This document shows, piece after piece, positions 35,856 to 43,441 of a stretch of 43,441 nt of DNA. This stretch comes from a virus (taxonomy: Duplodnaviria > Caudoviricetes), in the IMG/VR virus record IMGVR_UViG_3300037307_000196, positions 1 to 43,441 of that record; one strand, given 5' to 3'. The notes beneath the pieces were generated by a model, which was not told the DNA's origin, searched no databases, and worked only from the letters and a program-made list of their open reading frames with translations. The translations under genes were made by a program, and so were the position numbers. Numbering within the stretch: position 1 is the stretch's first letter; the number at the start of each line of letters is the position of its first letter.

Positions 35856-38312
35856 ATGGCTGACTCCCTGAGCCTCACTGCAAAGCTGTTCTTCGACGGG
35901 AGCCAAGCCGTCTCCGGGATGGGGAAGGTCCGCGCCGCGTTCGGCGGCATGACGGAGCAGGTCCAGAAGACCAAGGACGGGCTCAAGCAGGCGGGGGAGG
36001 GCTTCAAAGGGATCGGCTTTGCGGCAGCGGGCGTGAAGCTCGGGGTCGGCGCCGCGATCAAGCGGATGGCTAGCTTCGAGTCTGCAATGGGCGCGGTCAA
36101 GGCCAAGCTCGGGGAGGAGGCGCGTCCGGCGTTTCAGATGCTCGAGAAGGAGGCGATGCGGCTCGGCGCCGTAACGCAGTTCACGGCGGCCGAGGCGGCG
36201 AAGGGAATGGAGGAGCTAGCGGCCGGCGGTATGGAGCCGGCCGAGATCATGAAGGCGATCGGCCCTGTGCTGAACACGGCGGCGGCCGAGGGGATGAACC
36301 TCGGCGATGCGGCGCAGATCGTCAGCCAGAACATGAACGCCTTCGGGAAGGAGGCAGGCGGCGCGGCTCACGTCGCTGATGTTCTCGCCGCTGTTTCCGG
36401 CGCGACCTCCTCCTCGATCCTCTCCTTGCAGGAAGGCTTGAAGTACGCAGCCGGCACGGCGAGGCAGGCGAAGGTTCCGTTCGAGCAGACGGTCGCTATC
36501 CTCGGCGCGCTCTCGGATGTCGGGCTCGAGGGTTCGCTTGCAGGTACGGCGTTCCAGAACGCTATCGTCAGGATGAGCCAGAAAGCGAAGGACGGGAAGG
36601 TCGCCGTCGGCAAGATGAACGTCCCTCTGAAGTACACCAAGGAAGGGACGATGGATGCGAAGCAGACCTTCCTCGACATGGTCGCCGCCCTTGCCACCAT
36701 CAAGAACCCGATGAACAAGGTACAGGCCGCGATGGAGACGTTCGGCATCCGCGGCAAGGGCGTGGCGCTGGCGTTCGAGGCCATCTCGAAGGAGAAGGTC
36801 GATAAGCTGTTCGTCAAGCTCGGGTCGACCGTAGACGGAGCTTCTGCGCGGATGGCTAAGCTGCGCATGGAGGGGGTGCACGGGGACTTCATTACGCTAT
36901 CCTCGGCGATCGACGGGGCGGCCATAGCTCTCGGCAAGATGTTCCGGCCGCAGGTCCGGGCCATCGCGCAAGGAATGACCGGATTCTTCAGCGACGCCTA
37001 CAAGGCGATGGAGCTGTTCGGGCAGGGCGTCAGCACGACGGACAACCGATTCTGGGGTTTGAACAAGACGGCGGTCGAGGTCGTGCGCGGGTTCCGCGAG
37101 GGGTGGGCCGGGGCGAAGGATGTGGTGTCCGGTTTCGTTTCGGTGATCAGCTTCGTCGGCAAGGCGATCAGCGCGGTGCTCAACCCGGCGCAAGCCCTCT
37201 TCGGCCCGAAGGGTGGGAGCATGGGGGTCGGCAACGCAATCGCGATGGCGATGAAGTGGGGCACCGTTGCCTTCTCGCTGAAGCTGGTCGGGGGCGCTCT
37301 CGGCCGGGTAATGAACATCGCGACCGGATCGTTCCGTGCCTTGCAGGGCGTGCTCGGAGGGATGCGGACCGGGGTCGGTGGGATCGTCAACCTGCTCGCG
37401 ACGAAGTTCCCTGCGCTCGGCAAGCTGGCCGGCCCGCTGGGCAAGCTGGGCAAGGGCGTTGCCGCGATGGAGAAGGTGACGGCCCAGCCGGTGCGCGTCG
37501 TCAACTGGGACGAGGCAGGGGCCGGGATCGGGGCCGGGGTGGCACCCGGGCAGCTCCCGCTTCCTGGGATGGGGCCTACGCCCGCTGGGAGGGGACCGGC
37601 TGCGGGGCCGGCCGGATGGCGCGGCAGGGCCTCCGCGGCGGTCGGGACGGGGCTAGCGGGTGGTGGGCTTGCGGTTGCTGGCGGGCTTGCCGCGAACTTC
37701 TGGATCACCGGCGAAGGACAAGAGGCGTCGAAGACCCTGGCCAACAGCGCGCTCGCGCTTGGGGCGGCGTTCGGGCCGGCTGGGATGGCGGTAGGCGGCA
37801 TCGCTGCGGGTGCGCTAACGCTTGGGTCCAAACTCGACGAGCTGACCGGGGCAAGCGTCGCCGTCAGCAACTACTTCTGGGACCTCGGCAAGAAGGGGCG
37901 CGACGCGGCTGCCGCGGTTGCCTCGAAAGCCTACGCTGCATCCGTCGACATCCAGACGATCCAGGATCAGGCGAAGGCGCTGGTCGGCTTCGCAGGGCGT
38001 GGGGTAGCGGTGCAGACCGGACCGGGCGGCGAGCGCAAGAAGGTCACGGCTGCGATGATGCGTGAGAGCCTCATGCGGACAGCAACCGCGAAGGGCTCCG
38101 GGCTGACGCCGGAACAAGCTCGCGCTGTGGTCGAAGGCGTGATGAAGCAGATGGGACCGGAGCTTGCCGGCGCGCTAGCCCGCGTCCAACTTCAGGTCAA
38201 GATCGGCGAGCGGGAGGTCGCGAAGGGAGTCGCCAAGGCGGGCAACGAATCCAGCGGGCGGCGCGGCGAGAAGGCTGCGCCCGGTACGCGGCGCCGCGCC
38301 GCTGCGGGGTAA
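35856..38312 (+). CDS. Tape measure protein (TP901 core)
   Basis: FESAMGAVKA..AMRLGAVTQFTAAEAA.GM..LA.GG..GLEGSLAGTA; Ala/Gly-rich. Confidence 0.92.
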   Translation: MADSLSLTAKLFFDGSQAVSGMGKVRAAFGGMTEQVQKTKDGLKQAGEGFKGIGFAAAGVKLGVGAAIKRMASFESAMGAVKAKLGEEARPAFQMLEKEAMRLGAVTQFTAAEAAKGMEELAAGGMEPAEIMKAIGPVLNTAAAEGMNLGDAAQIVSQNMNAFGKEAGGAAHVADVLAAVSGATSSSILSLQEGLKYAAGTARQAKVPFEQTVAILGALSDVGLEGSLAGTAFQNAIVRMSQKAKDGKVAVGKMNVPLKYTKEGTMDAKQTFLDMVAALATIKNPMNKVQAAMETFGIRGKGVALAFEAISKEKVDKLFVKLGSTVDGASARMAKLRMEGVHGDFITLSSAIDGAAIALGKMFRPQVRAIAQGMTGFFSDAYKAMELFGQGVSTTDNRFWGLNKTAVEVVRGFREGWAGAKDVVSGFVSVISFVGKAISAVLNPAQALFGPKGGSMGVGNAIAMAMKWGTVAFSLKLVGGALGRVMNIATGSFRALQGVLGGMRTGVGGIVNLLATKFPALGKLAGPLGKLGKGVAAMEKVTAQPVRVVNWDEAGAGIGAGVAPGQLPLPGMGPTPAGRGPAAGPAGWRGRASAAVGTGLAGGGLAVAGGLAANFWITGEGQEASKTLANSALALGAAFGPAGMAVGGIAAGALTLGSKLDELTGASVAVSNYFWDLGKKGRDAAAAVASKAYAASVDIQTIQDQAKALVGFAGRGVAVQTGPGGERKKVTAAMMRESLMRTATAKGSGLTPEQARAVVEGVMKQMGPELAGALARVQLQVKIGEREVAKGVAKAGNESSGRRGEKAAPGTRRRAAAG

Positions 38313-38315
38313 CGC

Positions 38316-39098
38316 ATGGCTGCCGTGAAGCAGGACAGGAAGTTCGAGGTCAACTGGTCGCTCTACGACCTCGACCACAAGTACGAGTGGCGACCGCAGT
38401 ACCCGATCAGCGATGTCGGGATCACCGTCGGCGGGAACATTGCCGAGCAACAACGCTTCGGGTTTCAGGACTCGATCGTCAACTGGACGAGCGGCCGGTC
38501 GAAGACGATCAGCTTCGCTACCGTGCTCTTTGCGGAGGAGGACAGCGAGGAGGGCGGAACGCTCGTGCAAGAGTTACTGCGCGAGCTGGAAGACCTGGCA
38601 CAGAAGGACGACAAGCTGGGCCGGCCGCCGATCTGCATCTTCACCCTCGGCAGCTCGATCAGCGAGGTATGCCTCGTCGAGGCGGTAGACCCGCTCATCG
38701 TCAGCACGCTGCGAAACACTTCGCAGCCTCGCGAAGTTCGATGCAACATCACGCTTCGCAAGTACGTCCCGTTCTCGCAGCAGCAGATCGATCCGACGCG
38801 CCCGGCGAAAGAGAGCTTCCTGCTTGTCGCGTCTGCCGCTGAGCAGAGCTACGAAGCCATCGCGCGTCGGTACTACGGCGACCCGCTCCTCGGCGATCGG
38901 CTGCGGAAGCGGCACGCGACTCACCCCTTCGCGCCGGCGGTCGGCATGGTGGTCAAGGTTCCGGCCCGCGCGCTCATCTTGCAGGAGGTGGTGCAGCCGG
39001 CTTGCCACATCCTGAGCCTGATCGACGAGGATGCGGTCGAGAGCTACGGGACGATCCTCGATGACCGCAACGCCCGCACGCTGTCGGTGGTGCGGTAA
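38316..39098 (+). CDS. Tail tube initiator/baseplate protein with LysM-like segment
   Basis: GRPPICIFTLG motif; SYEAIARRYYGDP LysM/gpX-like motif; follows TMP. Confidence 0.75.
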   Translation: MAAVKQDRKFEVNWSLYDLDHKYEWRPQYPISDVGITVGGNIAEQQRFGFQDSIVNWTSGRSKTISFATVLFAEEDSEEGGTLVQELLRELEDLAQKDDKLGRPPICIFTLGSSISEVCLVEAVDPLIVSTLRNTSQPREVRCNITLRKYVPFSQQQIDPTRPAKESFLLVASAAEQSYEAIARRYYGDPLLGDRLRKRHATHPFAPAVGMVVKVPARALILQEVVQPACHILSLIDEDAVESYGTILDDRNARTLSVVR

Positions 39099-40501
39099 TG
39101 GCGACCCGCCCGGCCCGCGACCTGTTTGCTGATGTCGGGTCCGGGCTCGCCCCGAACTTCAGCCTCATCATCTCCGGCAAGGACACCGGAGAAGCGGCGG
39201 AGCTGTACGAAGCGGTCCGGCCGCTCGTGGCGTCAATCACCTTCGAGGACGACGAGGAGATGAGCAGCATGTTCGAGCTGCGGCTCATCAACCAGCCTGA
39301 GTCTGTCGTCGGGCAGCCGGTCAACTGGCGTGCGGTCATCGACAGCAAGGCGTTCGCGGAAGGTAACTACGTCGACGTGCGGCTGGGCTACGGCAGCGCG
39401 CTGGAGTTCGTCGACCGCGTCGAGATCGTGAAGTGGATGCCGTCGTTCCCGGAGACCGGGCCGGCGACGTTCACGGTGAAGGGCTACGACGGCCGACACC
39501 GGATGATGATCGCGAACGAGCCGAAGCGGAAAGGCGGCTTGCAGAAGGACGTTGCCCCTCCGCGGATCGTCGGCGGCAAGGCGCGCAAGGCCAAGAAGAG
39601 CAAAGGCGCCAGGCTCGCGGCCGGCGGCCGTCGCAAGACGTTCTACAAGAACAGCCCTGACGAGATCATCGTCAAGCAGATCGCCGACAAGTACGGCTTC
39701 GGCGTCGAGACGGACAGCACCGAGGTCAAGAAGAAGGCGGTCGTCGGGAAGGGTGGCAAGGCTCAGCAGGTGATCCGCACGCGGGGCCAGGCCCCTGACA
39801 TGAGCGACTGGGAGTTCCTCCGCAAGCTGGCCGAGATCAACCGCTTCGATCTGTGGGTCGACTGGAGCGAGCAGAAGAAGCAGTGGGTCATCCACTTCAA
39901 GCGCAAGGTCGACGCCGGGCAGGCGATATACCGCTTCACCTACAACGGCGAGGACGGGAGCCTGATCAGCGCCGAGCCGGACTTCTCGGTCAAGGAGCAG
40001 GCGACCGCGGTCGAGGTGCTCTACTACGACCGCAAGAAGCGGTCTGTCGAGCACACGGTCGTCTCCGAGTCCGGCAGCGGCGAGGACGTGTCGCTTGCAG
40101 GAGGGCGCGTCGGGCCGGGGCAGCTTCAGGCCAAGAAGACGATCAGCCCCGGCGCGATGGTCCGGTTCTCCGCGTTCGGGCAGACGATCGAGGCGTTCGC
40201 TGACCGCCCGTTCTCCAGCGCGAAGGACGCCAACAGCTTCGTGCAGGCGTGGCTCAAGGAGAGGGAGCGGGACTTCCTCATCATGCAGGGGCGCGTCGTT
40301 GGGGTGCAGTCGCTCCGATGCCGTCAGATCCACGAGCTGGCCGGCCTCGGCGCGCGGCTTGACGGGTTCTACCGCTTCACGAACGTCAAGCATGTGATGG
40401 AACCGGGGCGGGTCTACGTCTGCGAGTTCGTCGCGCACAAGGTTCTGTCTGAGGAGATCGCGCAGCGGAAGGTCACTTCTGGTAAGGTGAAGTCCTCGTG
40501 A
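39098..40501 (+). CDS. Baseplate hub (late control D / VgrG N-terminal-like)
   Basis: SITFEDD..SMFEL.L, V.LGY, SDWEFLRKLAE, LAGLGARLDGFY..VKH. Confidence 0.85.
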   Translation: MATRPARDLFADVGSGLAPNFSLIISGKDTGEAAELYEAVRPLVASITFEDDEEMSSMFELRLINQPESVVGQPVNWRAVIDSKAFAEGNYVDVRLGYGSALEFVDRVEIVKWMPSFPETGPATFTVKGYDGRHRMMIANEPKRKGGLQKDVAPPRIVGGKARKAKKSKGARLAAGGRRKTFYKNSPDEIIVKQIADKYGFGVETDSTEVKKKAVVGKGGKAQQVIRTRGQAPDMSDWEFLRKLAEINRFDLWVDWSEQKKQWVIHFKRKVDAGQAIYRFTYNGEDGSLISAEPDFSVKEQATAVEVLYYDRKKRSVEHTVVSESGSGEDVSLAGGRVGPGQLQAKKTISPGAMVRFSAFGQTIEAFADRPFSSAKDANSFVQAWLKERERDFLIMQGRVVGVQSLRCRQIHELAGLGARLDGFYRFTNVKHVMEPGRVYVCEFVAHKVLSEEIAQRKVTSGKVKSS

Positions 40502-41298
40502 ACAGCGGATTGACCAGCGGCAAGGTGTCCTCGAACGAGGACGGAGCGAAGGCGGGGCGCGTCGAGCTAGACATGCCCGAGGCGGAAGGCGTGTACCCCG
40601 AACCGTTCGACGCGATCGTGATGAGCGGGTGGTGCTGGCCGCCGGAGCCCGGCGAGACGGTCGCGGCCTTCGTTCCCGACGCAGAGGATCAGGTCGAGTT
40701 CGCCGACGAGGTCTGCTACCTCGGCGTGCAGCACGACCAAGAGCACCCGGTCGCCGACGAGTTCAAGGACGACTACCCCAAGGCGCGCGGCTTCAAGACC
40801 AAGGCGGGGCATCTGCTCTTCGTCAACGACAAGAGCGGAAGCGAAGCCGTCACGGTGAAGGAGGGGAAGCGGTCGTCGGAGCTGACGCTCGACAAAGACC
40901 AAGTCCTGCTGAAGGACGGCAGCGGTGCGTCGGTCATCCTGAAGAAGACGAAGGAGATCGTCATCAGCAACGGGCTGGCGTCGATCACGCTCTCACCGTC
41001 GGGCACCATCTCCATCGCGCCGGGTTCCCCGCTGGAGCTGGCCGGCGGGACGCACGCGCTGCTGAAGGGCGAGGCGTTCAACACGGACCTCGGCACGTAC
41101 CTCACGGCGCAGGGAACTCTCGCAGACCAGAGCATCGCGCAGTTCACCGCGCTGGCCGCTGCGTCAACCGGGTTGCTGGCTCCGTTGGCCGCGGGCTTCA
41201 CCGCGCTCGTGGCCGCGTGGACGGCGTTCAAGGCCGCGGTCGTCACGTTCCAGGCTGCACCGCCAAACTGGCTGAGCAGCAAGTCGAAGACGGGGTAG
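40498..41298 (+). CDS. Baseplate central spike (gpV/gp5 OB-fold + beta helix)
   Basis: GKV..N.D..GRV, WPPEPGETV, FKTKAGHLL..ND..GSE beta-repeat. Confidence 0.8.
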   Translation: MNSGLTSGKVSSNEDGAKAGRVELDMPEAEGVYPEPFDAIVMSGWCWPPEPGETVAAFVPDAEDQVEFADEVCYLGVQHDQEHPVADEFKDDYPKARGFKTKAGHLLFVNDKSGSEAVTVKEGKRSSELTLDKDQVLLKDGSGASVILKKTKEIVISNGLASITLSPSGTISIAPGSPLELAGGTHALLKGEAFNTDLGTYLTAQGTLADQSIAQFTALAAASTGLLAPLAAGFTALVAAWTAFKAAVVTFQAAPPNWLSSKSKTG

Positions 41299-41301
41299 CG
41301 C

Positions 41302-41667
41302 ATGGCGAAGGGAATCAAGCTCCCGACGAGCGCGAAGAACGGGCGCCTCGAGCTGCTCGGCGGCGACGCCTACATCGAGCAGCTCATCGCTGTCGCGATG
41401 GGTGAGGGCGACTCGGACAACCCGTTCCAAGACCTCGGCCTCGGCGAGTTCATGATCTTCGACATCAACGACGCGCTGCCCGACGGCGTGATCCGAGAGC
41501 GTGTCCGGGCCGCGTTCGCGACCCTCGAGCGGGACCAGCTCGCGAAGCTGGAGCGCCTGGAGTTCACGACGAGCGGCGTTGAGAAGACCATGTCCGTCTG
41601 GTACAAGAACCTGGAGACTGGCCGACGGGACGAGATCGAAGTGCCGCTCCCGCCGAGCGGAGGGTAG
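41302..41667 (+). CDS. Baseplate wedge protein (gp25/gpW-like)
   Basis: Size and position between spike and wedge; IFDIND..IRERVR..V.YKNLET. Confidence 0.7.
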   Translation: MAKGIKLPTSAKNGRLELLGGDAYIEQLIAVAMGEGDSDNPFQDLGLGEFMIFDINDALPDGVIRERVRAAFATLERDQLAKLERLEFTTSGVEKTMSVWYKNLETGRRDEIEVPLPPSGG

Positions 41668-41673
41668 CAGCCG

Positions 41674-42021
41674 ATGGCAACCGAAGTGATCGAGACCCCC
41701 GGTGGCGTGCCCTTCGCGGGGTTCGCGACCCGTTTCTGGGAGAAGGTACGTAAGCAGCCCGTTGGGTGCTGGGAGTGGACAGGAGCGAAGACGGGCGGCT
41801 ACGGTCTCATCAAGATGGCGAAGGGCAGGCAGCGGGGGCAGTTTCAAGGGGGCGAACGGCACCCTGGCGCCAAGCTGACGCGCAAGGCTGTCGTTGAGAT
41901 CAAGCGGGGGATCTGTTTGGGCGAACGGGTTTTCCGCATCGCGCGGGCATTCGGGGTCAGCGAGCCAACCGTGAGCAACATCAAGCACAGGCGGTACTGG
42001 CGCCAAGTCGGAGCTGCGTGA
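41674..42021 (+). pseudogene. Degenerate HNH endonuclease remnant fused to a duplicated baseplate-wedge N-terminus
   Basis: MATEVIETPGGV.F.GF start, then RFWEKV..GCWEWTGA..GYG joined directly to MAKGR..GERHPGAKLT..HTH; catalytic AHR/HxC..N core missing. Confidence 0.75.
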
Positions 42022-43441
42022 TGGCGACTGAAGTGATTGAAACGCCGGGTGGGGTAGCGTTCTCGGGATTCTATTATCCCGAGATCCTCCGCGAGCTGCT
42101 CGCCTACATGCGAGCGAACCGCGAGCGGCTCGGGCTGACGGACGAGAACGACTTTGAGGTTCACGTCCAGCTCCTCCGCGCGTTCGCGCTCGTCGGGCAC
42201 TTGAACAACACGCGCCTCGACTCCGTCGCGACCGAGCTGCTGTTGGACAGCGCGAGCCTGTTGGAGAGCGTCAAGCAGCTCCTCCGCCTCATGGGCATCG
42301 AGCTGACGAGCGCGTCGCCGGCCGTCGCCGATATTGTGCTCAAATTGAGCGAGGTATCGACGGTCGACCAAGTCGGCTTCGTTCCAGCGCTGGCCGAGTT
42401 CGCGACGAGCAGCGTTCCTCCAATCACCTTCGAGGCGCCGGGCGAAGGGGTCGACCTGAACCGCACCGACCAAGTCACCTACGTCTACGGCGCGCAGCGG
42501 ACGGACTACGGTACGGGGCAAGTCTTCTCCAGCTCGCACAGCCTCTTCCGCCGCGACTCCGGCTCGTGGGCGAGCGATGTGGTCGGGCAGCACCTCGCCG
42601 TCGCGGGCAGCAAGGCCAGCAACGGTGGCGAGTTCAGGGTGACGCAACGCCTGAGCGCGACGGACCTCGCCGTGGTGCGGATGCCGGGCGGTCGCTCGCC
42701 TGGCTTCACCTCGGAGCAGAACCTCTCTTGGGAGCTGCGCAAGTACAGCACCAACTTCGCTGGGCAAGCCAACACGCCGGGCTCACTGTTCTACCCGTGG
42801 GCCGGCTCGCTTGTGGCTGGAGACGCGCTCTACGTCGCGCACGCCCAAGTCATGCCGACGCAGCTCGACTTGCTGTTGACCGTCATGGCTTCCGGCATCG
42901 CTGGCGTCTGGGAGTACTTCGACAGCGAGTGGTCCGCGTTCAACCCGACCTCGGTGGACACGTCTTCTGCGCCTGGCGCCATCGTCTTCGACTTGACCTC
43001 GCTGCTCGGCCCGACGGACGCCAGCGGCGCGCAGGTCACGATCACCTACACGAAGACGGGCGCACAGGAGGTCGTGACCAGCACCTTCGGTGGAGGCGTG
43101 AACAAGGCGCAGACGAGCGGGTTGCTCGGCCAGATCACGGCGAGCGCCGACCGCCTCGACTACTTGGTGACAGCGTCCTGGGTGCCATTCGACCAGCTCA
43201 ACGATCACACTGCCGACCTCACGCAGAGCGACTACGTCGAGTGGGCGCTCCCACAGACGTTGGAGCGGGCGTGGAAGAAGTCAGACGTCGTCAACGCGAT
43301 CGAGGCGATGTGGCTGCGCTACCGCGTTGTCTCCGTCGGTGCCGTGACCCTGCCGCGGCTCGACCGCATCCGGCTCGACCAAGGGCGGCAGTACATCTAC
43401 ACGCCAGCGACCCAGGGCGAGACGATCGGGCCGCAGGTCAT
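42021..43441 (+). CDS. Baseplate wedge protein (baseplate J / T4 gp6-like), partial, runs off window
   Basis: MATEVIETPGGVAFSGFYYPEILRELLAY..TDENDFE..LLRAFALVGHL..RLD.VATE..L.SA..ESV..LLRLMG..L.SASPA; no stop seen to window end. Confidence 0.85.
   Translation, partial: MATEVIETPGGVAFSGFYYPEILRELLAYMRANRERLGLTDENDFEVHVQLLRAFALVGHLNNTRLDSVATELLLDSASLLESVKQLLRLMGIELTSASPAVADIVLKLSEVSTVDQVGFVPALAEFATSSVPPITFEAPGEGVDLNRTDQVTYVYGAQRTDYGTGQVFSSSHSLFRRDSGSWASDVVGQHLAVAGSKASNGGEFRVTQRLSATDLAVVRMPGGRSPGFTSEQNLSWELRKYSTNFAGQANTPGSLFYPWAGSLVAGDALYVAHAQVMPTQLDLLLTVMASGIAGVWEYFDSEWSAFNPTSVDTSSAPGAIVFDLTSLLGPTDASGAQVTITYTKTGAQEVVTSTFGGGVNKAQTSGLLGQITASADRLDYLVTASWVPFDQLNDHTADLTQSDYVEWALPQTLERAWKKSDVVNAIEAMWLRYRVVSVGAVTLPRLDRIRLDQGRQYIYTPATQGETIGPQV

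Noticed and set aside
40470-40535. TSGKV..SS peptide repeated at hub end and spike start
   Set aside because: Too short and divergent at DNA level to distinguish from chance
31974-43441. Extracellular contractile injection system or tailocin
   Set aside because: Terminase, portal and capsid genes are in the same operon, so this is a phage tail
1-43441. tRNA, rRNA, CRISPR array, integrase, lysis genes
   Set aside because: No cloverleaf, repeat-spacer periodicity or matching motifs noticed by eye; a tRNAscan/Infernal/HMM run would be needed to exclude them

Overview
A GC-rich tailed-phage (myovirus-type, contractile tail) genome segment, almost all on the + strand. Order: small accessory genes (1-4350), terminase large subunit, two small probable virion proteins, PBSX-type portal, a MuF/SPP1-gp7 head morphogenesis protein with a long C-terminal ADP-ribosyltransferase-like extension, then a 7-deazaguanine (preQ0) synthesis cassette (queD, queE, folE, queC) placed inside the head module. 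The cassette's transglycosylase (TGT/DpdA-like) is fused in one ORF to the XkdF-type prohead protease. Scaffold, major capsid protein, head decoration/fibre genes, neck, sheath, tube, a chaperone with a -1 frameshift, tape measure and baseplate genes follow; the last gene runs off the window end. Three free-standing homing endonuclease genes or remnants (one LAGLIDADG, two HNH) are interspersed. The most unusual signal is the apparent coupling of guanine modification to capsid assembly: a TGT-protease polyprotein, a protease motif split across two genes, and a MuF-ART with no immunity gene next to it. A palindrome (TTTCCGA-N3-TCGGAAA) occurs at three distant sites. All family calls come from reading motifs by eye; no database searches were run.
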